Below, piece by piece: positions 1 to 7,877 of a stretch of DNA of 32,000 nt. The DNA comes from Geobacter sulfurreducens PCA (GTDB lineage: Bacteria > Desulfobacterota > Desulfuromonadia > Geobacterales > Geobacteraceae), in contig NC_002939.5 in assembly GCF_000007985.2 (NCBI RefSeq), positions 2,940,001-2,972,000 of the forward strand, given 5' to 3'. Below the pieces are notes generated by a model. The model did no database searches and had not been told where the DNA came from. It worked only from the letters and a program-made list of their open reading frames with translations. How positions within the stretch are numbered: the stretch's first letter is position 1; every line of letters begins with the position of its first letter. The translations under genes were made by a program, and so were the position numbers.

Positions 1-334
1 CCGACGCCTCCGCCCTCTTGGTCAGGGCCTCCGGCTCGGCAGTATCGATGCGCGCCAGGGGAGCCCCCTTGCGGACCCGCACCCACTCCGTAACGTAGAC
101 CTGCTTTACCAGTCCGGGGATCTGAGTTTTGACGTCGGCCGAAAATTTTGGCTCAAGGCTTCCGGTAACCTCGATTCCCTCCGCCAGATCGCGGGCGGTC
201 ACGGGAACCGTTTCCACCGCCAGCGCCGGCTTTTCCACCCGAGCGTTCTGTGCCTCGCCATCCTTCGAACATCCCGCAAGCCCGCCTGCCAGAAGCACCC
301 CGCCAAGTACGCACACCAACCATTTGACTGTCAT
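1..334 (-). CDS. Efflux RND-type periplasmic adaptor (membrane-fusion protein), N-terminal part; gene runs off the left edge
   Basis: Hand translation from ATG at 334 gives MTVKWLVCVLGGVLLAGGLAGCSKDGEAQNARVEKPALAVETVPVTARDLAEGIEVTGSLEPKFSADVKTQIPGLVKQVYVTEWVRVRKGAPLARIDTAEPEAL..., with no stop down to nt 2. It has an LAGC lipobox followed by the TGSL.P ... IPG.V..V.V ... KG..LA.ID pattern typical of HlyD/RND adaptors. A 4-nt ATGA overlap joins it to the tetR stop. It is absent from the ORF track because no stop lies in the window. Confidence 0.75.
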   Translation of the reverse strand, partial: MTVKWLVCVLGGVLLAGGLAGCSKDGEAQNARVEKPALAVETVPVTARDLAEGIEVTGSLEPKFSADVKTQIPGLVKQVYVTEWVRVRKGAPLARIDTAEPEALTKRAEAS

Positions 335-972
335 CGTTCCACCTCGTCGGCCGTCCGGGCCGCAAATCCGCTCAGGACAAGAGTCAACATACGCCTCACC
401 CCCTCCCGGTCAATGCCGGGCGGACGGTCCGGGCGCCCGCACAACTGCTCCTCCAGGGCAACATTGAAGACTCCGAGCAGAATCCACATCACGTCGTCCA
501 CGTTTTCCGAACGCAGCGCACCCCCCTCCATGCCTTCGGAAACCAGCTTCCGAATGGCATCCTGGAAATGGCGGTGGTAGCCCTCGAAGTCGATAAAGGG
601 AGCGCCCTGGGGCGGCCCGTAGTAAATGGAGTACATGAGCCTCGTGCCGCCCAGGTTCTCCTGAACGAGCATGAGCGTATGGTCGAGCAGATCCACGAGC
701 CGGCCGCACGGGCTTCCGGCAGCGCCCAGGTACTCTTCCAGCAGTGCGGTAAAACGGCCGAACGGCTCGGTCATCAGCTCCAGATAGATGCCTTCCTTGT
801 TGCCAAACCAGTAATAGAGGACCGGCTTGGAAACGCCTGCCGCCTCAACGATCTCCCGTACCGACGTGGCCGCGTATCCCTTTACGGTAAAAAGCTCCGT
901 CGCCGCCGCCAGCAAACGTCTCCGCACCGCCGAATCTCCGTGGTCGGTCCGTCTCTTGTCCCGTTCTGCCAT
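331..972 (-). CDS. TetR/AcrR family transcriptional regulator
   Basis: The N-terminal HTH LLAAATELFTVKGYAATSVREIVEAAGVSKPVLYYWFGNKEGIY is a classic TetR_N. I place the start at ATG 972 (MAERDKRR), which has GGAGG 8 nt upstream. The track start at 996 is a TTG. The gene is translationally coupled to the downstream adaptor gene. Confidence 0.9.
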   Translation of the reverse strand: MAERDKRRTDHGDSAVRRRLLAAATELFTVKGYAATSVREIVEAAGVSKPVLYYWFGNKEGIYLELMTEPFGRFTALLEEYLGAAGSPCGRLVDLLDHTLMLVQENLGGTRLMYSIYYGPPQGAPFIDFEGYHRHFQDAIRKLVSEGMEGGALRSENVDDVMWILLGVFNVALEEQLCGRPDRPPGIDREGVRRMLTLVLSGFAARTADEVER

Positions 973-1001
973 TGAATATTTCCTCCCGGGCCCCAAAATA
1001 C

Positions 1002-1017
1002 TACCTACCGGTAGGTA
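1002..1017. promoter_or_regulatory. Perfect 16-bp palindrome TACCTACCGGTAGGTA, candidate TetR operator 1
   Basis: Read directly from the sequence. It sits 30 bp upstream of the tetR start, in the divergent intergenic region. Confidence 0.5.
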
Positions 1018-1048
1018 CTCTAACCGGATACATCTGTCAAGAACAATT

Positions 1049-1064
1049 TACCTACCGGTAGGCA
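1049..1064. promoter_or_regulatory. Second copy TACCTACCGGTAGGCA (12-bp perfect core CCTACCGGTAGG), candidate TetR operator 2
   Basis: It has the same core as operator 1. The two centres are 47 bp apart. Confidence 0.45.
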
Positions 1065-1135
1065 ACCTCCTGACACTTCTCCTGGCTCAAAATTCACCCA
1101 CAACCTTCAAGATGAAACGAACGTAAAGTTCTTTC

Positions 1136-1150
1136 TGGCGGGACAAGTGC
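1136..1150 (+). promoter_or_regulatory. Possible sigma-54 (-24/-12) promoter TGGCGGGACAAGTGC
   Basis: GG and GC are at the correct TGGCAC-N5-TTGC spacing, about 58 nt upstream of the kinase ATG at 1209. Only the core dinucleotides plus flanking T/C match. Confidence 0.25.
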
Positions 1151-1208
1151 GATTGGGATATACTTTTTGTTGGCAAAATCAAACTACTGCCAACTCTCCG
1201 GGGCGCCC

Positions 1209-2705
1209 ATGATATTCGGCATCATTGCGCTTTCGCTTGTTCTGCAGCTTGTGGCTGCCATTCTCGCCCTCCGGCTGATTCGGGTAACCGGCGGGGCTTT
1301 CGCGTGGACGCTCCTTGCCCTGGCTTCGCTTCTCATGGTCGGCCGGCGATCGCTGTCCCTCTACCATTTGTATGCCACCCCCCCAACCGTCCCTCCACTC
1401 CTGGTTAACGAAGTCATCGGCCTGTTCATCTCTTTGCTCTTTGTTGCCGCCGTTGCCGGCCTTTCGCCCCTGCTGGCGCGGATCAAGAGTGCCGAGGACT
1501 ATTGGCGGGAATCGGAGCACCGCCTCCGGGGGATGCTCGACAATACCGGCCTGATCGCCGTCATGCTCGACGACCGGGGGGCCATAACGTTCTGCAACCG
1601 TCACCTGCTTGACCTGACCGGCTGGAGCCGGGAAGAGGTGGTCGGCGGCAACTGGTTCGACACGTTTATCCCCGCCGACCAACGGGAAGGAGTTAGCGAA
1701 CGCTACCGACACATCCTTGCCGGAAGTAAATTACCTCTTCACAGCCAGAATGAAATCATAACGAAAAGCGGTGAACGACTCCTCATCGCATGGCACAACA
1801 CCATTATGCGCGACGGCAGCGGACGGGTAGTCGGGGGAACGGCCATCGGCGAGGACATCACCGAGCGCATGCGGGTAGAGGAGGAAATCCGGCGCCTCAA
1901 TACGGAACTTGAGCAGCGGGTCAGTGAACGGACAGCGGAGCTGGCTGCGTCAACGCGCGAACTGGAAGGGTTCTGCTACTCGGTTTCCCACGATCTAAGG
2001 ACCCCCCTCAGGGCCATTGCCGGTCACAGTGCCATCATCCGCGAGGAGTGCGCCGCCATCACCCATTCCTGCCGCCATCACCTGGGCCGCATCGAACGGG
2101 CGGCAGTCAGGATGGGTGAACTCATCGACGCCTTGCTGGAACTGGCGCGGGTTGCGCGCCACGCGGCCCACCCCGAGGAGATCAGTCTCAGCAAGATAGC
2201 GCAGCAGGTCCTCACCGACCTGCGCATCGCCTCACCCGAACGAAGCGTAGCCTGTGCGATCGACGAGGGACTTGCCGCCTGCGGCGATCCGGTCCTGGTC
2301 CGGGTGGCACTGCAAAATCTGCTGGAGAACGCCTGGAAGTTTACTGCGGGAACCCCGGACGCGCTGATCGAGGTCGGCTCCGAAACAGCGGGCGGAGAAA
2401 CGGTATTTTTCGTGCGGGACAACGGCGTCGGCTTCGACATGGCCCATGCGGGCAAGATGTTCGGCACGTTCCGGCGCCTGCACCGGGACGAAGAATTCGA
2501 GGGAACCGGCATCGGCCTCGCCACGGTAAAGCGGATCATCGAACGCCACGGCGGCAGGGTCTGGGCCGAGGGAGAGCCCGGCCGGATGGCGATCTTCCGC
2601 TTCACGCTGCCGGGGCTGCGGCCCTGTGAACCGGAATATCCGGCAGACATGCCGTCTTCGAATGCACACGCACAGGGAGTGCCTGTCAATGTATCAGGAA
2701 AGTGA
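1209..2705 (+). CDS. Membrane-anchored PAS-domain sensor histidine kinase
   Basis: It has N-terminal TM helices and a PAS-like block (GMLDNTGLIAVMLDDRGAITFCNRHLLDLTGWSREEVVG). The HisKA H-box is FCYSVSHDLRTPLRAI, and HATPase_c motifs are NLLENAWKF, VRDNGVGFD and GTGIGLATVKRIIERHGGRVWAEG. The track start at 1167 is a TTG; the ATG at 1209 (MIFGIIAL) is preferred. Confidence 0.9.
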   Translation: MIFGIIALSLVLQLVAAILALRLIRVTGGAFAWTLLALASLLMVGRRSLSLYHLYATPPTVPPLLVNEVIGLFISLLFVAAVAGLSPLLARIKSAEDYWRESEHRLRGMLDNTGLIAVMLDDRGAITFCNRHLLDLTGWSREEVVGGNWFDTFIPADQREGVSERYRHILAGSKLPLHSQNEIITKSGERLLIAWHNTIMRDGSGRVVGGTAIGEDITERMRVEEEIRRLNTELEQRVSERTAELAASTRELEGFCYSVSHDLRTPLRAIAGHSAIIREECAAITHSCRHHLGRIERAAVRMGELIDALLELARVARHAAHPEEISLSKIAQQVLTDLRIASPERSVACAIDEGLAACGDPVLVRVALQNLLENAWKFTAGTPDALIEVGSETAGGETVFFVRDNGVGFDMAHAGKMFGTFRRLHRDEEFEGTGIGLATVKRIIERHGGRVWAEGEPGRMAIFRFTLPGLRPCEPEYPADMPSSNAHAQGVPVNVSGK

Positions 2706-2970
2706 AATTTTCAACCTCGTGCTGGGCGTCATCAGCCTGATCTTCTTTGCGGGTTTCGGCACCCGGCGGCTCAGCATACCCCGCTCCCTGCTCATTGCAT
2801 ACGGCTGTCTGCTGCTCAGCTACCTGTTTACCGTGGTGGAAGGATTCATCGCACCGGATGCGTTCAACCTGCTGGAGCACCTTGCCGTTGCCGTGGCCGG
2901 GGTAGTTTTCGCCTACGGGTGCCTGCACATATCCAGAAAACAGAGCTCCGAAGGGAATGGGACGTCATGA
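2689..2970 (+). CDS. Small (93 aa) 3-TM membrane protein, unknown function
   Basis: Sequence MYQESEIFNLVLGVISLIFFAGFG...; three hydrophobic segments. GGGAG lies 9 nt upstream of ATG 2689. It overlaps the kinase-1 stop by 17 nt and shares an ATGA overlap with the kinase-2 start, which suggests translational coupling. Confidence 0.55.
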   Translation: MYQESEIFNLVLGVISLIFFAGFGTRRLSIPRSLLIAYGCLLLSYLFTVVEGFIAPDAFNLLEHLAVAVAGVVFAYGCLHISRKQSSEGNGTS

Positions 2971-3998
2971 CCCCGACGGTTGTATTTGACGTCATTTCCG
3001 CAATCGGATTCGCCATTGCGACAGGGGCAATCCTGCGCACCGACCCGAACGTTCTCGGCAGGTTGCCCAAACTCTTCCTGACCATCTGCATGTCTCTCTA
3101 TACGCTGGTGGGCCTGTCGAACATCATCGAACATGCCGGCATCACCCCTTACCTTGACCGCTACGAAGACTACCTGGAAATCATCTTCATCCCCTTCTTT
3201 CTGTTTTTCGTCTTTTCCGTGCAGAATGAGGAAGAAAGCAGGAGGCGGATTCAGGCGGAACAGGAAACCCGGGCGATCAACGAAAACCTCGAACTGCTCA
3301 TCGCCGAGAGGACGGCGGCGCTCGAGGCGAGCAATCGGGAACTGGAGAGCTTCTGCTATTCGGTCTCCCACGACCTCCGGGCACCTCTGCGCCATATTGA
3401 CGGGTACAGCAGGATTCTGCTGGAAGACCTTCAGGGGCGTCTGAACGAGGAGGACAGGCTCTATCTGGAGCGGCTTCGTCACTCCACCCTGAAAATGGAG
3501 AGCCTGATCGATGACCTTCTGGAATTGTCGCGGGTGACTCGTGCCGATCTGGACCGCCAAAAGGTCGATCTGAGCCTGATGGCGCGGGAGATTGTGACGG
3601 AGCTGGGCAAAGCGTCACCGGCCCGGGCCATTGAATGGCACATTGACGGCGGCATGTGGGCACAGGGGGATCCCCTGCTGTTGCGGGTGGCGCTCGTGAA
3701 CCTCCTCGGCAATGCCTGGAAGTACACGAACAGAACAGCACACGCCATCGTAGAGTTCAGCTCGGTCAGGGAAAACGACCATCAGACGTTTTTTGTCCGC
3801 GATAACGGCGCAGGATTCAGCATGGATTACGCGGACAAGCTCTTCATCCCCTTCCAGCGCCTCCACCGGGAGGAAGAGTTCGAGGGGACAGGGGTGGGTC
3901 TGGCCACGGTCAAGCGCATCATCGCCCGCCATGGCGGCCGGATCTGGGCCGAGGGTTCAGTGGACCACGGTGCCACCTTCTATTTCACCCTTCGCTAA
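2967..3998 (+). CDS. Membrane sensor histidine kinase (paralog of 1209-2705, no PAS)
   Basis: The start is ATG 2967 (MTPTVVFDVISAIGF). The N-terminus is polytopic, followed by a coiled linker. The H-box is FCYSVSHDLRAPLRHI; other motifs are NLLGNAWKY, VRDNGAGFS and GTGVGLATVKRIIARHGGRIWAEG. Confidence 0.9.
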   Translation: MTPTVVFDVISAIGFAIATGAILRTDPNVLGRLPKLFLTICMSLYTLVGLSNIIEHAGITPYLDRYEDYLEIIFIPFFLFFVFSVQNEEESRRRIQAEQETRAINENLELLIAERTAALEASNRELESFCYSVSHDLRAPLRHIDGYSRILLEDLQGRLNEEDRLYLERLRHSTLKMESLIDDLLELSRVTRADLDRQKVDLSLMAREIVTELGKASPARAIEWHIDGGMWAQGDPLLLRVALVNLLGNAWKYTNRTAHAIVEFSSVRENDHQTFFVRDNGAGFSMDYADKLFIPFQRLHREEEFEGTGVGLATVKRIIARHGGRIWAEGSVDHGATFYFTLR

Positions 3999-4083
3999 CC
4001 CTGTCACTTTTTCTTTCATTGCGGGCAGACAGCCGGCCATCCGCGCCGGACGGCCCCCACGCCCCACCCCGGCCTTCCTTCGC

Positions 4084-5376
4084 TTACTCCCCTTGGTCAG
4101 TCCCCAGCTTTGCCAGCAATTCCTCTTTCCCTGACACGCTCATCTTATCGTAAATCCGTTTCATGTAGGTCTTGACCGAAGATTCGGAGATGCCCAGCTC
4201 CCGGGCTGCCTCCCTGAACGTCATCCCTCGGACGACGCAGGCGAGGACCGACTTTTCCTGGTCGGAGAAGCGCTTGCGCAGACCCGGCGGAAGCATCAGC
4301 TCAAAGGTCGGCTCAGCGTTGCCGGCCTCGGCTTCCGCCTGATCAGCCATGCCTCCGATTGCCGGAATGGCCGCCACATCCAGGTGCTGTTCGCCTCGCA
4401 TGACCAGATAAAGAACAAGAACCGATGAAGTGAGGACGAGATTCGCTACAGCCACCACCAGTTGAGAGGCGTCGCCGATCAGGAGCGAGGCCGTCTTGCC
4501 TGCAGCTATGCCGGCGCAGGTGACCGCAAGACCGATGCCGAAGGCACGGCAGCTGTTTCTCTGGGCAAGAAGCAGCGCCAGCAGGTAGAGATCGAGGAAC
4601 CCCGCTGCCACCTGCATGGCGAACAGGGCCACGTTAACCGATGCCGCCCCGTCTATCAGAACGAGGGAAAAGGCGAACATGGCCATCACGATAGCCAGGG
4701 CCAGAAGCCCCTCCCTCCGGCGGCGCAGGAACATAAGCCCCACAAGGACGGCTACTACGTAAAAGGCGAGTTCGATCCCGGGAAGAAAGGCTGCCTCGGC
4801 ATATTCCTGGTACAGGGCCCCGTACATGAGACCACTTACGATCTGAAAAACGAACACGAAGGGGAGAAAGGGGGCCAGGTTCGATTCCCCGTCGGCTTCG
4901 TCCTGAGCCCCGGTGCGTGCCAGCGTGGGAACCAGAAGCAAGGCTGCCGCGGCCGGGAATTTCACGCTGTGGGGCACGGGAACGATCATGAACACGAAGA
5001 GCAGGACATTGGCCGCTGCCAGGCCGACTGCAGCCGATACCGCTACTGTGGGAGAGCGCTTCAGGATGCTGCCCGCCTTGACGCAAACAAAAGCTGATCC
5101 CACGCCGGCCGTGGCCAGAAACCAGGGGACTCCGGCAGGGACCTGGGCGATCAGCAGCGTCGAGCCTGCGGCGGCTGCTCCGCCGACGGCTGCCAGGGGC
5201 GGCAGCATCCGCCGCGGAAGAGCGGCGCCTATGACTGCCAGCGTAACGACGTGGGGAATGAGAAAAAAGAGGATAGCGTTGCCCGACCCGACGTGGGCCA
5301 GCAGGAATCCCTCCATGGGGAGGGCAAGGAGCCAGACGACAAAGGCGACAAAGGGAAGTGATGCTGTAAGGGTCAT
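4084..5376 (-). CDS. LuxR/FixJ-type HTH transcriptional regulator fused to a ~10-TM N-terminal membrane domain
   Basis: About 345 residues consist of consecutive hydrophobic helices. The C-terminus FSDQEKSVLACVVRGMTFREAARELGISESSVKTYMKRIYDKMSV is a GerE/LuxR HTH. The start is ATG 5376. Confidence 0.85.
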   Translation of the reverse strand: MTLTASLPFVAFVVWLLALPMEGFLLAHVGSGNAILFFLIPHVVTLAVIGAALPRRMLPPLAAVGGAAAAGSTLLIAQVPAGVPWFLATAGVGSAFVCVKAGSILKRSPTVAVSAAVGLAAANVLLFVFMIVPVPHSVKFPAAAALLLVPTLARTGAQDEADGESNLAPFLPFVFVFQIVSGLMYGALYQEYAEAAFLPGIELAFYVVAVLVGLMFLRRRREGLLALAIVMAMFAFSLVLIDGAASVNVALFAMQVAAGFLDLYLLALLLAQRNSCRAFGIGLAVTCAGIAAGKTASLLIGDASQLVVAVANLVLTSSVLVLYLVMRGEQHLDVAAIPAIGGMADQAEAEAGNAEPTFELMLPPGLRKRFSDQEKSVLACVVRGMTFREAARELGISESSVKTYMKRIYDKMSVSGKEELLAKLGTDQGE

Positions 5377-5428
5377 GGACGGGCCCGAACCAAGGATATC
5401 TGACTACGATTAGCCAAAACTATAGCAT

Positions 5429-5469
5429 GGTTGACAGCTTGGTCTACATTAATTTTGCCGGTTGACAGC
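5429..5469. repeat. Direct repeat GGTTGACAGC x2, 31 bp start-to-start; candidate regulator-binding sites
   Basis: The copies lie at 5429-5438 and 5460-5469 in the 311-bp divergent intergenic region between the membrane LuxR gene and the envelope operon. Similarity continues imperfectly (nnGGT...ATT) for about 10 more bp after each copy. Confidence 0.4.
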
Positions 5470-5687
5470 CGGGTGACTATTGGCCGGACGACAAATACCG
5501 ATAGGATGAGCAGCCCTGACGTATACACACCGCGCAACGACTGGCCGCAGACGCTCGCTCCGCCCTGTGGAGGGGAAAACGGGCCGGCGTCCCCACACGG
5601 AACGGGGGCCGGATTGTGATGGTCGCCCGTTGCCAGGTTCAACCCATCTATTGAATCGTATCACATCACATCATCGGGAGGGTTTTA

Positions 5688-7295
5688 ATGAAGCGACTGA
5701 AAAAGGCCCGGCGACTGCGGCTGCTCACGGCGTGGCTGGCAGTGGTGGCACTGGCGCCGGCCGCGGCACTGGCGGCTGAACACGAGATTCACGGCTCCAA
5801 CGACTTTTCGATTACCTACAATGACGTGCAGGGTGCCGGCGGGAGTCAGTCGTCCCTCACCGAGGGAACACGGTACCTGGAGATTCTCAACCTCTTCGGC
5901 AACGGCCGGGCGGGAGACTTCGACTACAACTGGACCGTGGGAGCCAAGGCTACCGACGACCGGCGCAATGACCAGAAGACCTTCTCTCTCACCAACCTCC
6001 AGGGCAGAGTCAGCAACAAGATCCACACGATCACCCTGGGCGACACCTTCGAGGCGTTCTCCCAGTACTCTCTCAACACTGCGGTCAAGGGCGGCTCCTA
6101 CAAGTTCACCCCGGAACAGTCCTATCTTCCCCAGTTGAGCCTCCTGTACGGCATCGCCTACTCCCGCTGGGATAACTTCTGGGGGGTGGACGCGGTGGAG
6201 CGGCAGGTGGCGGGCGGCAAAATCAGGCAGAACATCGGTCCGGACTTCTGGATCGGCCTGAGCGGAGTCCAGACCAATGATCACGTACGGGTCCTGGGCG
6301 GAGAGCTGACCAACCACCAGACCTGGACCGTCGACTGGGAATACCGCCCGATCCCCGGGCTCACCATCCAGGGGGAATCCTCGTGGCTCAACGGCGACAG
6401 GAGCCCGAGCGACGGCGCCCCCTTTGACGCCTACCACGGCCATGCCCACAAGGTGGTGGCCATCGGCGACGGCGGCCCCAGCCGGGTAACGCTCGAATAC
6501 GAGCGGGTCTCGCCCGAGTTCAGGACCACCATCGGGTCCGCCACTCCCGACCGGGAGAAGGTGAAAGCCAAGTGGCGCTACAAGTACAGCAAGGATCTCA
6601 GCATCACCAGCGCCATGCTCTGGTACCACGACAACCTGGACGGACAGAAGGCCTACGGCACCGACCACTACAAACCCGAGATCGCAGTCTCCCTGAAAAA
6701 ACCGTTCAAGCGCCAGTACGCGGTGGCCGACATCAGCTACAAGCTCGACCGGGCTTACAGTCCCGTGATGCGGAGCCTTGACCACTATATCACCATGGGA
6801 TACCGTGACCGCTTCGGCGTCCTGGACAGCGACTCCACCTTCGGCATCATCGTCTACGACCAGAACGGCACCGCCAAGCGCAAGGACGTGGAATTCACCT
6901 ACAACACCAGCCTCTCCAGCAGGCATACCCTGGGACGGTTCGTGCTGAAGCCCTCCATCTACCTGGGGGGCTGGACCCACAACGACGAGGTGGCCGAGAA
7001 CACCGACCAGATTGTGGAATACTCTGCCGGCTTGGGCGTGGACGTGCCCGACCTGAAGATAACCTCCACCATCAGGGTGGGCGAAAACCGTCTCCTCAAA
7101 GAGGCCGGCACCGATACGGCAAAGACCTTCGCCGGCGTGAACGTCTTCTGGCGGCCCGAAATGCTCGCCAAGGCGCAGGGGATGCTCTACGCCAAGGCGA
7201 GTGTCAATGACTTCCGCTACGACCCCAGCCTGGCCGCCGGCAGCCGGAACTTCCGGGAGACCAGCGTCACCGCGGGCATCAGCATCCAGTTCTGA
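5688..7295 (+). CDS. Outer-membrane beta-barrel protein, unclassified family
   Basis: GGGAGG RBS. The signal peptide is MKRLKKARRLRLLTAWLAVVALAPAAALA/AEHE. The composition is beta-strand-like, rich in Y/G/T/S/D, throughout. The C-terminus SVTAGISIQF carries the terminal aromatic residue typical of BAM substrates. Confidence 0.8.
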   Translation: MKRLKKARRLRLLTAWLAVVALAPAAALAAEHEIHGSNDFSITYNDVQGAGGSQSSLTEGTRYLEILNLFGNGRAGDFDYNWTVGAKATDDRRNDQKTFSLTNLQGRVSNKIHTITLGDTFEAFSQYSLNTAVKGGSYKFTPEQSYLPQLSLLYGIAYSRWDNFWGVDAVERQVAGGKIRQNIGPDFWIGLSGVQTNDHVRVLGGELTNHQTWTVDWEYRPIPGLTIQGESSWLNGDRSPSDGAPFDAYHGHAHKVVAIGDGGPSRVTLEYERVSPEFRTTIGSATPDREKVKAKWRYKYSKDLSITSAMLWYHDNLDGQKAYGTDHYKPEIAVSLKKPFKRQYAVADISYKLDRAYSPVMRSLDHYITMGYRDRFGVLDSDSTFGIIVYDQNGTAKRKDVEFTYNTSLSSRHTLGRFVLKPSIYLGGWTHNDEVAENTDQIVEYSAGLGVDVPDLKITSTIRVGENRLLKEAGTDTAKTFAGVNVFWRPEMLAKAQGMLYAKASVNDFRYDPSLAAGSRNFRETSVTAGISIQF

Positions 7296-7365
7296 CGGAA
7301 ATGGTGTATCCTTGACTGCACTGCGCCCGTACGCAGCCAAGCGGATGCCCCTCGGGAGGTTCACT

Positions 7366-7842
7366 ATGAAAGCCTATAGCGCCGGACTCTTCCTGCTGCT
7401 CGCCTGTGCCCTTCTTCCCGCCTGCGCGGGGCTGCAGATCGGCGGAGGCGGCGATTCGCCCTCTGCCCTGGCCATGACGAGCCACGGGCAGGTGAGGCAG
7501 ACCATCGACCGGCTCATCGCCGCCTATGAGGCAAAAGACAGTCGCGGCTTCTCCGAGTTGGTGAGCGAACGATACACGGGCGAGGCGGCCATTCTCGAAA
7601 CCGCCGTCCGGCGAGACTTCAGCGCCAACCACAACCTGGCGATCCGCTACACCGTCAACAACATTACCCTCGACGATGGCGGCAAGGCCTTTGCGGCCAT
7701 CACCTTCACCCGGTCCTGGACTGACGTCAAGACCGCCAGAACCATGAACGAAACCAGGGAAACATCCCTGGTGTTCATCCGTGAAAACGGCACCTACAGG
7801 CTCTACAGCCAGAACGGCCCGCCGCTGTTCGGGCTGCACTGA
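7366..7842 (+). CDS. Small exported protein / probable lipoprotein (158 aa) consisting of one NTF2-like (SnoaL/DUF4440-like) module
   Basis: GGGAGG lies 7 nt upstream of ATG 7366. The N-terminus is MKAYSAGLFLLLACALLPACAG, with lipobox-like LLAC/LPAC. The module begins IDRLIAAYEAKDSRGFSELVSERYTGE, a pattern typical of NTF2-like domains. The longer track ORF from 7201 overlaps the OMP gene and was rejected. Confidence 0.8.
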   Translation: MKAYSAGLFLLLACALLPACAGLQIGGGGDSPSALAMTSHGQVRQTIDRLIAAYEAKDSRGFSELVSERYTGEAAILETAVRRDFSANHNLAIRYTVNNITLDDGGKAFAAITFTRSWTDVKTARTMNETRETSLVFIRENGTYRLYSQNGPPLFGLH

Positions 7843-7877
7843 ACGAGCAGATACCCTTACCGATTCAGGAGGAATCC

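Noticed and set aside
4462-5097. 211-aa plus-strand ORF inside the membrane LuxR gene
   Set aside because: It lies antisense to a continuous polytopic-membrane frame that ends in a LuxR HTH. It is a highly charged, low-complexity sequence.
5620-5633. Sigma-54-like TGGTCGCCCGTTGC upstream of the OMP gene
   Set aside because: The spacing between TGG and TTGC is one nucleotide short of the strict -24/-12 geometry.
5520-5687. Possible c-di-GMP (GEMM) or other riboswitch in the GC-rich leader of the OMP operon, including the hairpin CCGGCGUCCCC-ACACGGAAC-GGGGGCCGG at 5584-5612
   Set aside because: I could not find the conserved GEMM elements (a GNRA-capped P1 with GGCAAA and the ACGCAAAGC-type segment) or any other riboswitch core I know. 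No U-run follows the hairpin. Only an Infernal/Rfam scan could settle this.
5685-7364. 559-aa ORF antisense to the outer-membrane protein gene
   Set aside because: Its translation is a G/V/A/P/H/R-rich, low-complexity sequence with no motifs. The opposite strand has an RBS, a signal peptide and an OMP C-terminus. Long antisense ORFs are expected in high-GC DNA.
7201-7365. Upstream extension of the lipoprotein ORF overlapping the OMP gene
   Set aside because: It overlaps the OMP 3' end by 95 nt. The internal ATG at 7366 has GGGAGG at ideal spacing and starts a proper signal peptide.
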